A DNA stretch of 64,000 nucleotides from a virus: IMG/VR virus record IMGVR_UViG_3300025889_000083, positions 1 to 64,000 of that record; one strand, 5' to 3'. The notes below the pieces were generated by a model. It worked only from the letters and a program-made list of their open reading frames with translations. It did no database searches and was not told the origin of the DNA. The position numbers and the translations under genes are program-made. Position 1 is the stretch's first letter. Every line of letters starts with the position of its first letter. Of the stretch, positions 27,724-37,965 are shown piece after piece.

Positions 27724-28724
27724 TCCTATTTACCGCAGATTGGCATATCAAGTTAGGTCAAAAGAATGTACCTGTTAGTTGGGCTTGTGCTCGCTATCAA
27801 ATGTTCTTTGACCAACTAGTTGCCTTAGAAAATAAATTCGATTTGCACATCATTGGTGGGGACTTGTTTGATCGAGTCCCATCAATGGATGAGCTTACTC
27901 TTTACTTCGATTTTGTAAAGAGAGTGGGAAAGAGAACTATCATTTATGATGGTAATCACGAAGCCACTAAGAAAAATAAAACTTTCTTCTCAAATTTAAA
28001 AAGAGTTACTAGCGAACTTAATCCACTTGTCGCAGTAGTGGATGAAGCTGTGGGAGACTTTAGTAACTGGGGCTACCTTCCTTCTGAAGAATTGCATGAA
28101 AGTGCAGGAGACTTTAAATGGGGTATTCTTCCTTATGCGGGCTTGCATAAAAAAGATGCGATTGAGAAAATGAATTGCGAAGTTTTATTTACACATGTAA
28201 GAGGAGAAATCCCACCACATGTTACACCAGAAGTAGACTTAGAAAGATTTGATAAGTTTAAGTTGGTTTTTGCAGGAGATCTACATGCTCACGAGAATAC
28301 TCAAAGAAATATTGTGTATCCTGGCTCACCAATGACAACTTCTTTTCATAGAAATAAAGTCAAAACTGGTTATTTATTAATTGATGATGATGACTGGAGT
28401 TGGACTTGGCACGAGTTTCACCTTCCCCAACTAATTCGTAAAACAGTTGATGATCCTGACCTTATGGTACAAACAGATTACGATCATACTATATATGAAT
28501 TAGAAGGAGATGTCGCAGACCTATCCAAAGTAAAGAACTCCGAACTGCTTGATAAAAAAGTTGTAAAACGAGAAGTTGAAGCAACTCTTAATCTTAGCAG
28601 TGAAATGTCAATTAGTGATGAATTGTATGTGTATCTACAACAGATACTCAAACTTGATGATGAAAAAACTAAAAAAATAATGGGAGTCTTTAATGATTAT
28701 TCTACAGAAGTTAGCGTGGGATAA
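27720..28724 (+). CDS. D12: Mre11/SbcD-like nuclease (T5 D12)
   Basis: ADWH, GGDLFD, GNHE, GDLH and YPGSP. Confidence 0.92.
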   Translation: MILFTADWHIKLGQKNVPVSWACARYQMFFDQLVALENKFDLHIIGGDLFDRVPSMDELTLYFDFVKRVGKRTIIYDGNHEATKKNKTFFSNLKRVTSELNPLVAVVDEAVGDFSNWGYLPSEELHESAGDFKWGILPYAGLHKKDAIEKMNCEVLFTHVRGEIPPHVTPEVDLERFDKFKLVFAGDLHAHENTQRNIVYPGSPMTTSFHRNKVKTGYLLIDDDDWSWTWHEFHLPQLIRKTVDDPDLMVQTDYDHTIYELEGDVADLSKVKNSELLDKKVVKREVEATLNLSSEMSISDELYVYLQQILKLDDEKTKKIMGVFNDYSTEVSVG

Positions 28725-30507
28725 CTGCTTTTCCTATGGGAAAGGCAACGAGATAGATTTTACTAAGTCTACTCTCACTCAATTAGTTGGAACAAACGGT
28801 GTAGGAAAGAGTTCAATACCTCTTATCCTCGAAGAAATTTTATTCAATAAGAATAGTAAAAATGTTAAAAAAGCAGACATTGCAAACCGTTATATTAATA
28901 ATGGTTACACTATTACTCTTTGGTTTACAGTTGACAGCGACGAATACTGTATCGCAGTTGATCGAAAGTCAACTCTTAAATGTAAGCTAACAAAGAATGG
29001 TGAAGATATAAGTTCTCATACAGCGTCAAATACTTATAAGACGCTAGGGGATATCTTGGGCATTGACTTTAAGACATTTACTCAGTTAGTGTATCAAAAT
29101 ACTAACGCATCGTTGCAGTTTCTTACAGCAACCGATACTAACCGTAAAAAGTTCCTAATTGATTTACTAAAACTTGACGACTATGTGTTGTTCTTTGAGA
29201 CATTTAAAGAGGCAGTACGTGTTACTTCTCTTGACATTGCCAAGTTAGACGCAAAAAGTCAAACCTTAGTAAAATGGTTAAATGATAATAAATTGGAAAA
29301 TACAGATGTCCTACCCATGTTGGAGCTACCATCTGGGTCGGAAGAGGATCAGAAAACTTTAAGTATTTTACAGGCGGAATTTGAAAATATTTCAAATACG
29401 AATAAAAAAATAAATACTAATAATTCTCTGAAAGAGCAGTTAAAATCAATAGACATTGATAAGATGAAAAAAGCTATTGAGCTTTATCCTACAGAAGTAG
29501 ACACTTCTCCTTTAAGTTCTGAATTGGGAGAAACTAGATATCAACTTTCAGAAAATCAGAGAAAGTTACAAGAGTGGACAGACATTGGAGAAACTCCTCA
29601 GTGTCCAACTTGTAGACAAGATATCAATATGGAACTTGTTGGTGAAAAATGTGACTTCTATGTAATAGAGGTAGGCAAAATTGCTGGAAAGTTAGACAAA
29701 CTAAAAGAAAAGCTAGAGGAACAAGATTATGCAAATAAGGTACATAGGACGGCAGCCAAAAGGATACAAGAGTGGGAAAGTCTCTTCAGGAGCATTGACA
29801 CTCAACTCCCAACTACAGTCATCAATAAAGACGACTTGGAAGGACAGATTCAAGAGCTTCGCTCAAAGATTGCCGCTGTTAGGTCGAGTATTCAAGAGGT
29901 AAGTGATGAAAACAACAGACGGACTTCTCACAATACACGACTTAGTATCATACAAGAGCAAACAGCGAGCTTTGAGACAGAGTTGGAAGAAATTACTGAC
30001 GGACTCAGCAAATGTGAAGATGTACTATCAACACTTGAAATTCTTAAAAAGGCTTTTAGTACTAATGGACTTCTCGCATACAAAATTGAAAGTCTAGTTA
30101 AAGAATTAGAATCTTTAACAAACGACTATCTTGCAGAGTTCAGTGATGGTAGATTTGCGATCAACTTTGTAGTAGAGAATGATAAATTGAATGTAGAAGT
30201 ATCAGATAATGGTAAAATTATTGATATACTTGCACTCAGTAGTGGTGAATTAGCTAGAGTAAATATTGCTACGCTAGTTGCCATAAGGAAATTGATGAGT
30301 TCAATTTCTCGTTCTCAAATAAACGTTCTTTTCCTAGACGAAGTAAATCAAGCACTTGATGAAACTGGAAAAGAAAAGGTGGTAGAGGTATTATTAAAAG
30401 AGGACAGTCTGAATACTTATATGGTATCTCATGGCTGGACTCATCCTCTGCTAGAAAAAATAGAAATAATAAAAGAGGATAACATAAGTAGATTAGATGC
30501 CGAATAA
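28693..30507 (+). CDS. D13: Rad50/SbcC-like ATPase (T5 D13)
   Basis: GTNGVGKS, coiled coil with CPTC zinc hook, LSSGE, FLDE and SH. Confidence 0.92.
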   Translation: MIILQKLAWDNCFSYGKGNEIDFTKSTLTQLVGTNGVGKSSIPLILEEILFNKNSKNVKKADIANRYINNGYTITLWFTVDSDEYCIAVDRKSTLKCKLTKNGEDISSHTASNTYKTLGDILGIDFKTFTQLVYQNTNASLQFLTATDTNRKKFLIDLLKLDDYVLFFETFKEAVRVTSLDIAKLDAKSQTLVKWLNDNKLENTDVLPMLELPSGSEEDQKTLSILQAEFENISNTNKKINTNNSLKEQLKSIDIDKMKKAIELYPTEVDTSPLSSELGETRYQLSENQRKLQEWTDIGETPQCPTCRQDINMELVGEKCDFYVIEVGKIAGKLDKLKEKLEEQDYANKVHRTAAKRIQEWESLFRSIDTQLPTTVINKDDLEGQIQELRSKIAAVRSSIQEVSDENNRRTSHNTRLSIIQEQTASFETELEEITDGLSKCEDVLSTLEILKKAFSTNGLLAYKIESLVKELESLTNDYLAEFSDGRFAINFVVENDKLNVEVSDNGKIIDILALSSGELARVNIATLVAIRKLMSSISRSQINVLFLDEVNQALDETGKEKVVEVLLKEDSLNTYMVSHGWTHPLLEKIEIIKEDNISRLDAE

Positions 30508-30991
30508 TAGAAGCAGAAGAAAAGGTAACGCTTTCGAAAAAAACGTTAAGAAAATTCTCGATGCGGCAACTGGGTTAGACTTTGAGTTTACACCTGGCAG
30601 TGGCTCAGGAAAAATAAAAGGAGATTTATATCTCGAACATAAAGTAAATGTGTATTGTATAGAGTGCAAACACTATAAAAGCATTGACTTTAATGAAAAA
30701 ATGTTCACACAAAAAAGTAATACTTTTGTAAAGTGGTGGACTAAATTAGTAGAGCAGGCAGCGGGTATGAATTTAAACCCACTGCTAATTTTTAAACAAA
30801 ACCATGGACAGATCTTTGTAGCAACACACAAAGTTCCAGTCAACTGTGATTATATGTATATAAGTTGGTTGGATTGCTATGTTACATTTTTACACAAGTG
30901 GTTAGAATATAAGGAGCTAGTGTTCGACAATGGCGATATCGTTTACCAACCATGGGAAACCGATTCCGAACGGCAACCTCTTAATAGTTGA
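30497..30991 (+). CDS. D14: PD-(D/E)xK nuclease / Holliday junction resolvase-like (T5 D14)
   Basis: KG..FE, GD...IECK. Confidence 0.8.
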   Translation: MPNNRSRRKGNAFEKNVKKILDAATGLDFEFTPGSGSGKIKGDLYLEHKVNVYCIECKHYKSIDFNEKMFTQKSNTFVKWWTKLVEQAAGMNLNPLLIFKQNHGQIFVATHKVPVNCDYMYISWLDCYVTFLHKWLEYKELVFDNGDIVYQPWETDSERQPLNS

Positions 30992-31787
30992 CGGTCTAAA
31001 CCTAGCGTTTAGATGGAAACATCAAGGCAACCTCGACTTCGAGCATGATTATGTAAGAACAGTTAAGTCTCTTGCAAAATCTTATGATTGCGGAGAAGTC
31101 GTGGTATTAGGTGACGGTGGTAGCACCTATCGGAAAGAACTCTACCCCGAATATAAACAAAACAGAAAAGATAGATACGCAGAACAAACTCCTGAAGAAG
31201 AAGCAGAGTTTCTTGAGTTCTTACAAGAGTTTGGTGTAACTATGAATAAGTGTAAGTATGAAGGCTTCCTAACTCTTAAATATCAAGGAGTTGAAGCTGA
31301 TGATATAGCAGCACTTATATGTCAGAATAGAGAAAATCTAGGTATAGAAAATATTTGGCTAATCTCTTCTGATAAAGACTGGGATTTACTAGTCGATGAG
31401 AACATATCACGGTTCTCAACCGTAACAAGAAAAGAAACAACAGTACACAACTGGGATGAACATTATGACTTTGATCCTTCGTATTATTTGACTTTCAAAT
31501 GTCTTACAGGAGATAAAGGAGATAATGTACCAGGTGTAGCAGGAATTGGTCCTAAGCGTGCTACTCAAATGATTGAGCAGTATGGTGATATTTTTGATAT
31601 CATGGCAAGTCTACCTATTGATGGTAGGTACAAGTACATACAGAACTTAAATGAGTTTGGAAGTGATGCACTTGAACTTAATATCAAGTTAATGGACTTA
31701 TCATTTGATACTGAAAAAGCAGTACTAGGACATGGACAAGAAATTATAGGATTGGTGGAAAATTATGTCAGTGAAGATAGACTATAG
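30930..31787 (+). CDS. D15: flap endonuclease / 5'-3' exonuclease (T5 D15)
   Basis: DG.NLAFR, YK.NR, EADD, SSDKDW and GDKGDNVPGVAGIGPKRA. Confidence 0.95.
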   Translation: MAISFTNHGKPIPNGNLLIVDGLNLAFRWKHQGNLDFEHDYVRTVKSLAKSYDCGEVVVLGDGGSTYRKELYPEYKQNRKDRYAEQTPEEEAEFLEFLQEFGVTMNKCKYEGFLTLKYQGVEADDIAALICQNRENLGIENIWLISSDKDWDLLVDENISRFSTVTRKETTVHNWDEHYDFDPSYYLTFKCLTGDKGDNVPGVAGIGPKRATQMIEQYGDIFDIMASLPIDGRYKYIQNLNEFGSDALELNIKLMDLSFDTEKAVLGHGQEIIGLVENYVSEDRL

Positions 31788-33531
31788 CAGAGATAAACTC
31801 TTTGACGAGTTTGCTCTAAATACTTTAAAAGATCGTTATATGGTGCCAGGTGAGACTTCTCCACAGGAAGCTCTTGCTCGTGCTGCTGAAGCTTTTGGCG
31901 ATAATGATGCACATGCACAAAGATTATACGACTATGCAAGTAAACATTGGTTTATGTTTGCTACTCCTGTACTATCAAATGGTGGTACAAAGAGAGGTTT
32001 ACCAATCAGTTGCTTTTTGAATTACGTAGATGATAGCCGTGAAGGAATTACAGATCACTTTACTGAAAATGCTTTTTTAAGTTCATTCGGTGGTGGTATC
32101 GGTGGATATTGGGGCGAAGTCCGTTCTGTTGGAACGAAAACTTCAAAAGGCTCAGAGTCCACTGGTGTGATTCCTTTTATGAGAGTTGTCGATGCTGAGA
32201 TGCTTGCTTTTTCTCAAGGAATTACTCGTAGAGGAAGCTATGCAGGCTACATCGATATAAGTCACCCTGAAATAGAGGAATTTCTAGATGTTCGAAAACC
32301 TACTGGTGGTGACGTTAATCGTAAGTGTATTAATCTGCATCATGGGGTTGTCGTATCAGATCGCTTTATGGAGCTCATTCACAGTGCTACAAAGTATAGT
32401 GGTTTCGACGATAGCTGGCAGCTTGTGGATCCGCACAGCGGTGAGGTAAAGAAAACTGTCAGTGCTAGAGCATTATGGGTAAAGATTCTTCAAAACCGTA
32501 TGGAAACAGGAGAGCCTTATCTTATGTTTGGTGATGCTGTGAACAGTGAGTTGCCTGACTTTCAGAAAAGACTTGGATTAAGCGTTCACCAAAGTAATCT
32601 TTGTTCTGAGATTACTTTAGCAACAAATGATGAAAGAACAGCAGTATGTTGTCTATCAAGTGTAAACTTGGAATATTTTGATGAATGGAAAAAGGAACCA
32701 GCGTTCATTCCAGATCTAGTCAGAATGTTAGATAATGTGCTAGAATATTTTATAAAACATGCGCCAGAACAATTACACAAAGCAGTATTTTCTGCTTATC
32801 GTGAAAGAAGTATTGGTCTTGGTGCAATGGGATTTCATGCTTATTTACAGAAAAATTCTATACCATTTGACAATCCAATGGCAACTGGTGTAAATCTTCA
32901 GATGTTTGAATTAATTAAATCAAAAGCAAGTGAAGAAACTAGAAGATTGGCTGTAGAAAGAGGAGCATGTCCCGACGATGATACTTGTACTGTTAGAAAT
33001 GCACACTTGCTAGCAATAGCACCAAATGCATCTAGTAGTATTATTTGTGGAAACACAAGTCCAAGTATTGAGCCTTTCCGTGCTAATGCTTACACTCAGA
33101 AAACAAAGAGTGGAAGTAATCTTGTAAAGAATAAATTCTTAAAGCAAGTCCTAGCGGGGTATGGACAGGACACAGACGAAACTTGGGCAAGTATCGTTGG
33201 AAACAAAGGAAGTGTGCAACATCTTGACTTCTTGAACGACTGGGAGAGAGACGTGTTCAAGACAGCAGTTGAGATAAATCAAGCGTGGGTTGTCGAGCAT
33301 GCTTCAATGAGACAACCATTTATCTGTCAATCGCAGAGTGTGAATCTATTTTTTCCACCTGACGTAAACAAGGCAGATCTACACAACGTCCACATGCTTG
33401 CGTGGGCGAAGAATCTTAAAACGCTTTATTACCTACGAAGTGAAGCAATATCTCGAGCAGATAATGTTACTTCACAGGCAAAGCGAGAAATAATCTTTGA
33501 ACAATCAGATTGTTTAAGTTGCGAAGGATAA
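31765..33531 (+). CDS. nrdA: class I ribonucleotide reductase alpha subunit (no ATP cone)
   Basis: SCF, SNLCSEI, AIAP.ASSS, YYLRS and a terminal CxxC. Confidence 0.95.
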   Translation: MSVKIDYSRDKLFDEFALNTLKDRYMVPGETSPQEALARAAEAFGDNDAHAQRLYDYASKHWFMFATPVLSNGGTKRGLPISCFLNYVDDSREGITDHFTENAFLSSFGGGIGGYWGEVRSVGTKTSKGSESTGVIPFMRVVDAEMLAFSQGITRRGSYAGYIDISHPEIEEFLDVRKPTGGDVNRKCINLHHGVVVSDRFMELIHSATKYSGFDDSWQLVDPHSGEVKKTVSARALWVKILQNRMETGEPYLMFGDAVNSELPDFQKRLGLSVHQSNLCSEITLATNDERTAVCCLSSVNLEYFDEWKKEPAFIPDLVRMLDNVLEYFIKHAPEQLHKAVFSAYRERSIGLGAMGFHAYLQKNSIPFDNPMATGVNLQMFELIKSKASEETRRLAVERGACPDDDTCTVRNAHLLAIAPNASSSIICGNTSPSIEPFRANAYTQKTKSGSNLVKNKFLKQVLAGYGQDTDETWASIVGNKGSVQHLDFLNDWERDVFKTAVEINQAWVVEHASMRQPFICQSQSVNLFFPPDVNKADLHNVHMLAWAKNLKTLYYLRSEAISRADNVTSQAKREIIFEQSDCLSCEG

Positions 33532-33533
33532 AT

Positions 33534-34490
33534 ATGTTATTAGAAGAAAGAAACTATTACAAACCTTTTAACTATCCGTGGGCGTTTGATGCTTATAAAA
33601 AACAGCAGCAAATGCACTGGATGCCTGATGAAGTTACACTAAGTGATGATATTAGGGACTATAACGAAAAACTTACGCCTGAAAATAGAGAATTGTTAGA
33701 TAACATTTTTCGATTTTTCACGCAGGCAGACGTTGATGTATGTTGTGGATATGCAAAGCACTATCTTCCAACATTCAAACAACCAGAAATCCGAATGATG
33801 CTTGCATCTTTTGCTGCCATGGAGGCAGTACATCAAGAAGCATATTCATTGTTGCTGGAAACTCTTGGAAAATCCGAAGGAATTTATCAAGAGTTTATGG
33901 ATATACAAGCGATGGTAGAGAAACATGAGTACTTGTCTGACTTTAGTATGAAAACTAAACATGATATTGCGAAGACACTAGCAGTATACAGTGGTTTTAC
34001 AGAAGGAGTTCAGCTTTTCTCTTCTTTCGCAATTTTACTTAACTTTCCAAGGCATAATCTTATGAAAGGAATGGGGCAGATTGTTACATGGTCAATTCGT
34101 GATGAAACACTTCATGTTGAGAACGTGTCTAAATTATTCCGAACTTTCATAGCAGAAAATCCCGAGTTGTGGACTGATAAGTTAAAATACGAAATTTACT
34201 GCGCTGCAGAGCGAGTAGTTGAGTTGGAAGACGAATTTATTGATGTTTGTTTTGCAAAAGCTCAAATACCCGATCTTACTGCAAAAGAAGTAAAAGAGTA
34301 TATACGATATATTGCAGACAGACGCTTATTGGGTTTAGGTCTAAAAGCAATATTTCATAGTACAACTAATCCACTACCTTGGGTAGATATGCAAGTAAAT
34401 GCAGTTGAGCATACCAACTTTTTTGAAAATCGTGCTACCGAGTATGCAAAAAGTAGTACACAAGGCAACTGGCAGGATATTTTTAAATGA
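33534..34490 (+). CDS. nrdB: class I ribonucleotide reductase beta subunit
   Basis: W.P.E, E..H...Y, EG..F, DE.LH and NFFE; SD-led ATG at 33534. Confidence 0.95.
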   Translation: MLLEERNYYKPFNYPWAFDAYKKQQQMHWMPDEVTLSDDIRDYNEKLTPENRELLDNIFRFFTQADVDVCCGYAKHYLPTFKQPEIRMMLASFAAMEAVHQEAYSLLLETLGKSEGIYQEFMDIQAMVEKHEYLSDFSMKTKHDIAKTLAVYSGFTEGVQLFSSFAILLNFPRHNLMKGMGQIVTWSIRDETLHVENVSKLFRTFIAENPELWTDKLKYEIYCAAERVVELEDEFIDVCFAKAQIPDLTAKEVKEYIRYIADRRLLGLGLKAIFHSTTNPLPWVDMQVNAVEHTNFFENRATEYAKSSTQGNWQDIFK

Positions 34491-34678
34491 CAACAATTAG
34501 TATAGACGGCGTCGAATATGATGTCGAAGGCATGACTAAAGAACAACGCTTGTTAGTAAATGCGATTGGGTATTGTGATAAAAGAAAAACAGAACTCGAT
34601 CACGAATTGGCAGCGATACAAACTGCTAGACAAGCGTATGTTAATGACTTAGGAGCACAATTAAAAGGAGAAGAATGA
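34487..34678 (+). CDS. small coiled-coil protein
   Basis: ISIDGVEY followed by a heptad helix. Confidence 0.6.
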   Translation: MTTISIDGVEYDVEGMTKEQRLLVNAIGYCDKRKTELDHELAAIQTARQAYVNDLGAQLKGEE

Positions 34679-35328
34679 AAATCTTTATAGGATATGATAG
34701 TGAACACCCCGAAGCATACGAAGTATGTAAGGCAAGTATTTTAAAACATAATCCTTTACATGAGATACATCCTTTAATTAATAAGAAATTGAGAAAGAAA
34801 GGACTCTATGACAGACCAAAACACTTAATGGAAAGTACAGAGTTCTCCTTTACTCGATTTCTAGTTCCTTTGTTATGTAACTACACAGGGCGCGCACTCT
34901 ATTGTGATGGAGATTTTCTTTGGAGATGTGATCCTCAAGAACTTACACATCATATGAATGATGAAGATGTTGCAGTAGTAAAACATCCAAAGTTTAGTAT
35001 AAAAACTAAAAAGATGAAAAATAAAGGAAATGCAGATTACGATATGAAATATTGGAGTAGTTTGATGTTCTTTGATTGTGCAAAATGTGATAGTTTAACA
35101 AAGTGGTATGTGAGTAATGCTCATGCTGCACACTTACATGGCTTTTCATGGGCTAGTAAGATAGGCAGCATCCCAGCAAGTTTTAATGCACTTGTTGGAT
35201 ATTACGACTTTGGTAAAAAATATACAAAAGCCGTCCACTTTACAGATGGCGGACCGTGGCTGGAAGGCTACGAAAACGTGGAGTTTGCAGACGAATGGTT
35301 TCAGATAAAATCAGAAATAAGTCAGTAA
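34675..35328 (+). CDS. GT8-like glycosyltransferase
   Basis: IFIGYD, STEFSFTRFLVP, DGD (DxD), WSS.M and HFT.GGPW. Confidence 0.8.
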   Translation: MKIFIGYDSEHPEAYEVCKASILKHNPLHEIHPLINKKLRKKGLYDRPKHLMESTEFSFTRFLVPLLCNYTGRALYCDGDFLWRCDPQELTHHMNDEDVAVVKHPKFSIKTKKMKNKGNADYDMKYWSSLMFFDCAKCDSLTKWYVSNAHAAHLHGFSWASKIGSIPASFNALVGYYDFGKKYTKAVHFTDGGPWLEGYENVEFADEWFQIKSEISQ

Positions 35329-35942
35329 TTCTAGTAGGAAACTCTGTCGAGTTATTAGAGTATGAATATGGAGACTATATAGAATCCTTTGATATAATAG
35401 TAAGATTCGGCAGAGGTATTCCTCGCCCAGATATTTATAAATCAGTTGGAAAACGAACTGATATCTGGATTACTGGATTTTTGAGAGCAAACTTTCATCC
35501 ACACTTTCCTACCGCACTGAAACTTCTTAATCGGTGCAGAATACACTTAAATAAAAAACCTACTCGAGAAATAGTTTTCGATCACGAAGTAATGTACTCA
35601 GATGATGAGTTAATGCTTATATTTGAAGAATTTGGTTGTAAAAACGGAGATGCAAATGCGTTGCGACCAAGTGCTGGTTATATGGGTGTTCATTATTTTG
35701 TGAATAAAATGAACATGTGGAAAAACTTAAATCTAATAGGTTTCGACTTTTTTCAAAAGAAACTTCCATGGAAACTAGGACAGGACTATCCTTCAAGTTG
35801 GCATTTACCAGAGAATACAATACAGAGAAGTCCACATGCAAAAGATAAAGAACGAGAAATCGTTAGTCAGTGGAACGAGAAAGGAATACTAAATTGGAAA
35901 ATACTTTCTGATTTGAAAGAAGAATTAATAGACTTTTCCTAG
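35256..35942 (+). CDS. GT29 (sialyltransferase)-like protein
   Basis: V.LVGNS...I..FD.IVR...VGKRTD (sialylmotif L-like), PSAG and LIGFDF. Confidence 0.65.
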   Translation: MAGRLRKRGVCRRMVSDKIRNKSVILVGNSVELLEYEYGDYIESFDIIVRFGRGIPRPDIYKSVGKRTDIWITGFLRANFHPHFPTALKLLNRCRIHLNKKPTREIVFDHEVMYSDDELMLIFEEFGCKNGDANALRPSAGYMGVHYFVNKMNMWKNLNLIGFDFFQKKLPWKLGQDYPSSWHLPENTIQRSPHAKDKEREIVSQWNEKGILNWKILSDLKEELIDFS

Positions 35943-36884
35943 AATATAACCTGCTTGAAGTATTTTTCGTGTAGCTTGCTTTTGCTTTTCAGCTTTTAAC
36001 AAGATTCTTTCATTTACTCTAGCGTTTCTAAGATTTACAGGGATTCTGTCTATTAAATTTGCATATAGATCAAAAGGAACTGCTAATGCTACTCCCATAG
36101 GACAGTCAGCATATTCAGCAACTAAATATTTATGATCGCAACTAATAGAAAATGCTTTTCTCATTGCAATATTATGATTAAGAGTATCTGCTGTACCGAT
36201 AGAATCAACTTTGATAAGATAATCTACCTTCATACTTGCATACAAAGGCATATGTCCAAATTTATAAGTTTTTAATGCGTTAAAAAATACATTATTTCTT
36301 GCACCATTAATATAGGCATCAAGTCTGTGTTCTAATCCAATAACTGCAGGAGCTCTGCCGTCTTCAAAGAATAATTCATGATCTCCTATCTTATCTAGTT
36401 CATCCCAATTAAATAGCATAAAATTAGTATCTAAATCATTTTTCTCATGTGAAACTCCAAGTATATTGTAATAATTTCTATACATTGGATGCTCTATATA
36501 CTGCCATCTTTTAGGAGCCATAACAACACCTTTTTGCCAGTCTGCTGGTGGTAATTGTCCTACCCAGTCTCTAAGAAATATTCTATTGTCTCCGAACATT
36601 AAAACTCTTTTATTGAGTTTACCATTCTTACTTCCTTCGCCTCTATACCATCTTCTTATAAGAAGTAAAAATTTTGCTTGCCAGTTACCATTAGCTACCT
36701 TTGAAGGTATTTGATAGCATTTATAATTTTTGAAATTTCTGTCAATCCATTCAACAACTTCTTTGTCCCATTGATCTTCATGAAACCCAACATGTAGGCG
36801 AAAGCTATCCCCATCCCAATCTAACATGGATGCGAGTGTGAACATTCCGTACACTGGTTTGTATCTATAAATTACTTCTATCAT
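35925..36884 (-). CDS. putative glycosyltransferase-like protein
   Basis: Weak GT8-like features (TLASM, TNFMLFN); last gene of the late unit, lying between GT-like genes. Confidence 0.4.
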   Translation of the reverse strand: MIEVIYRYKPVYGMFTLASMLDWDGDSFRLHVGFHEDQWDKEVVEWIDRNFKNYKCYQIPSKVANGNWQAKFLLLIRRWYRGEGSKNGKLNKRVLMFGDNRIFLRDWVGQLPPADWQKGVVMAPKRWQYIEHPMYRNYYNILGVSHEKNDLDTNFMLFNWDELDKIGDHELFFEDGRAPAVIGLEHRLDAYINGARNNVFFNALKTYKFGHMPLYASMKVDYLIKVDSIGTADTLNHNIAMRKAFSISCDHKYLVAEYADCPMGVALAVPFDLYANLIDRIPVNLRNARVNERILLKAEKQKQATRKILQAGYILGKVY

Positions 36885-37795
36885 TTTGCCATCTTATATT
36901 CCCAGAAGGAGTGTAGGTATCTATCCATACGTTCTTCTGCATCGTTATCAAAGTTAAAAATTATACCTGAGTGTTTTGCACTAAGGAGTTTACATAGTGC
37001 TGTATATGCACCTTGTTGTGAACACTGATTTGATATAGCGTAGTAAAAACTTTCGTAAGTAAGTAGATTTTTTTCTCTTACATCTTTTGGTGTACTTACT
37101 AAGCGTAGTTTTTTACCTAGTAAAATTGCTATCAAACCCATTTCACTATTTGGTGCACAAGCTACTTCTTTTGCGTTCATAAGAAGTTCAAATCCACCTG
37201 ACTTTTTATTCAAGATTTTATCTGCTCCAAGTTTTTCTCTTAGCAGTGCCATCCAAATGTGTGCTGTTATTGGATGCGGTTTTACCATAAATCCATCTGC
37301 TACTGCCTGTCGCATTTTATTCCAGTCTAAAGTATTTTTATACATTAGATTACTGCCAGGCGGGAATATTACTTTATCATAGAACTCTGGATTTGTTTGT
37401 AAAACATATTTATTGTGAAGATTGTCTTTTATCTTTTGTATTCTATCTTCATCAATTTCTATATCGCCATTTACTATTCCAGCAAAAAACTTATCATTGA
37501 TTTTTATAGACGGAACTCTCATTACAATTCCTTTGCCTAAAAAATCAGTATAAAGCCATGCTCTTATAGTTGAGACTTCATTTGTATTAAACCAAATATC
37601 ATATTCAAATGGTCTACCTCTAAATGAATCTCTGATTACTCTTTTACGAAATTCTGCTAAGTCGTTAAGATCCTCTTTAGGTCTAAATGCGCTTCCTGAT
37701 TTCATAAAATGAGTTGGTATATCACCAAGACATTCATTTATTGTTAGAGCTTGAAGTGGCTTTTTTGGTTTTACTATTCCGCCTTCTTGAGCCAT
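36881..37795 (-). CDS. KpsS/KpsC-like capsule-synthesis (GT-B) protein
   Basis: VKPHP and NSEMGLIAILLGK resemble the KxHP and NSxxGxEA..GK motifs. Confidence 0.6.
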   Translation of the reverse strand: MAQEGGIVKPKKPLQALTINECLGDIPTHFMKSGSAFRPKEDLNDLAEFRKRVIRDSFRGRPFEYDIWFNTNEVSTIRAWLYTDFLGKGIVMRVPSIKINDKFFAGIVNGDIEIDEDRIQKIKDNLHNKYVLQTNPEFYDKVIFPPGSNLMYKNTLDWNKMRQAVADGFMVKPHPITAHIWMALLREKLGADKILNKKSGGFELLMNAKEVACAPNSEMGLIAILLGKKLRLVSTPKDVREKNLLTYESFYYAISNQCSQQGAYTALCKLLSAKHSGIIFNFDNDAEERMDRYLHSFWEYKMAK

Positions 37796-37965
37796 TCTCT
37801 AAACTCCTTTTGAAGTTGGTAAAGTACCACTTCAATATTTTTTATTCTTTCTTCATTTTCGCCCATATTATCAAATATGGCTGCCATCATGCTTTCTAAT
37901 TTCTTATTTACATAATCGGCGTCTACTTTTGTATCTTTATGTCCTTCTATCAAGTCTCGCTCCAT
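37774..37965 (-). CDS. small coiled-coil protein
   Basis: Heptad repeat; overlaps both neighbours. Confidence 0.6.
   Translation of the reverse strand: MERDLIEGHKDTKVDADYVNKKLESMMAAIFDNMGENEERIKNIEVVLYQLQKEFREWLKKAE

Noticed and set aside
568-35841. Many short minus-strand or nested ORFs in the early region (e.g. 1333-1518, 6017-6322, 14493-14846, 17921-18196, 32586-32780)
   Set aside because: They overlap well-supported genes, against or out of frame with the operon, and show no motifs.
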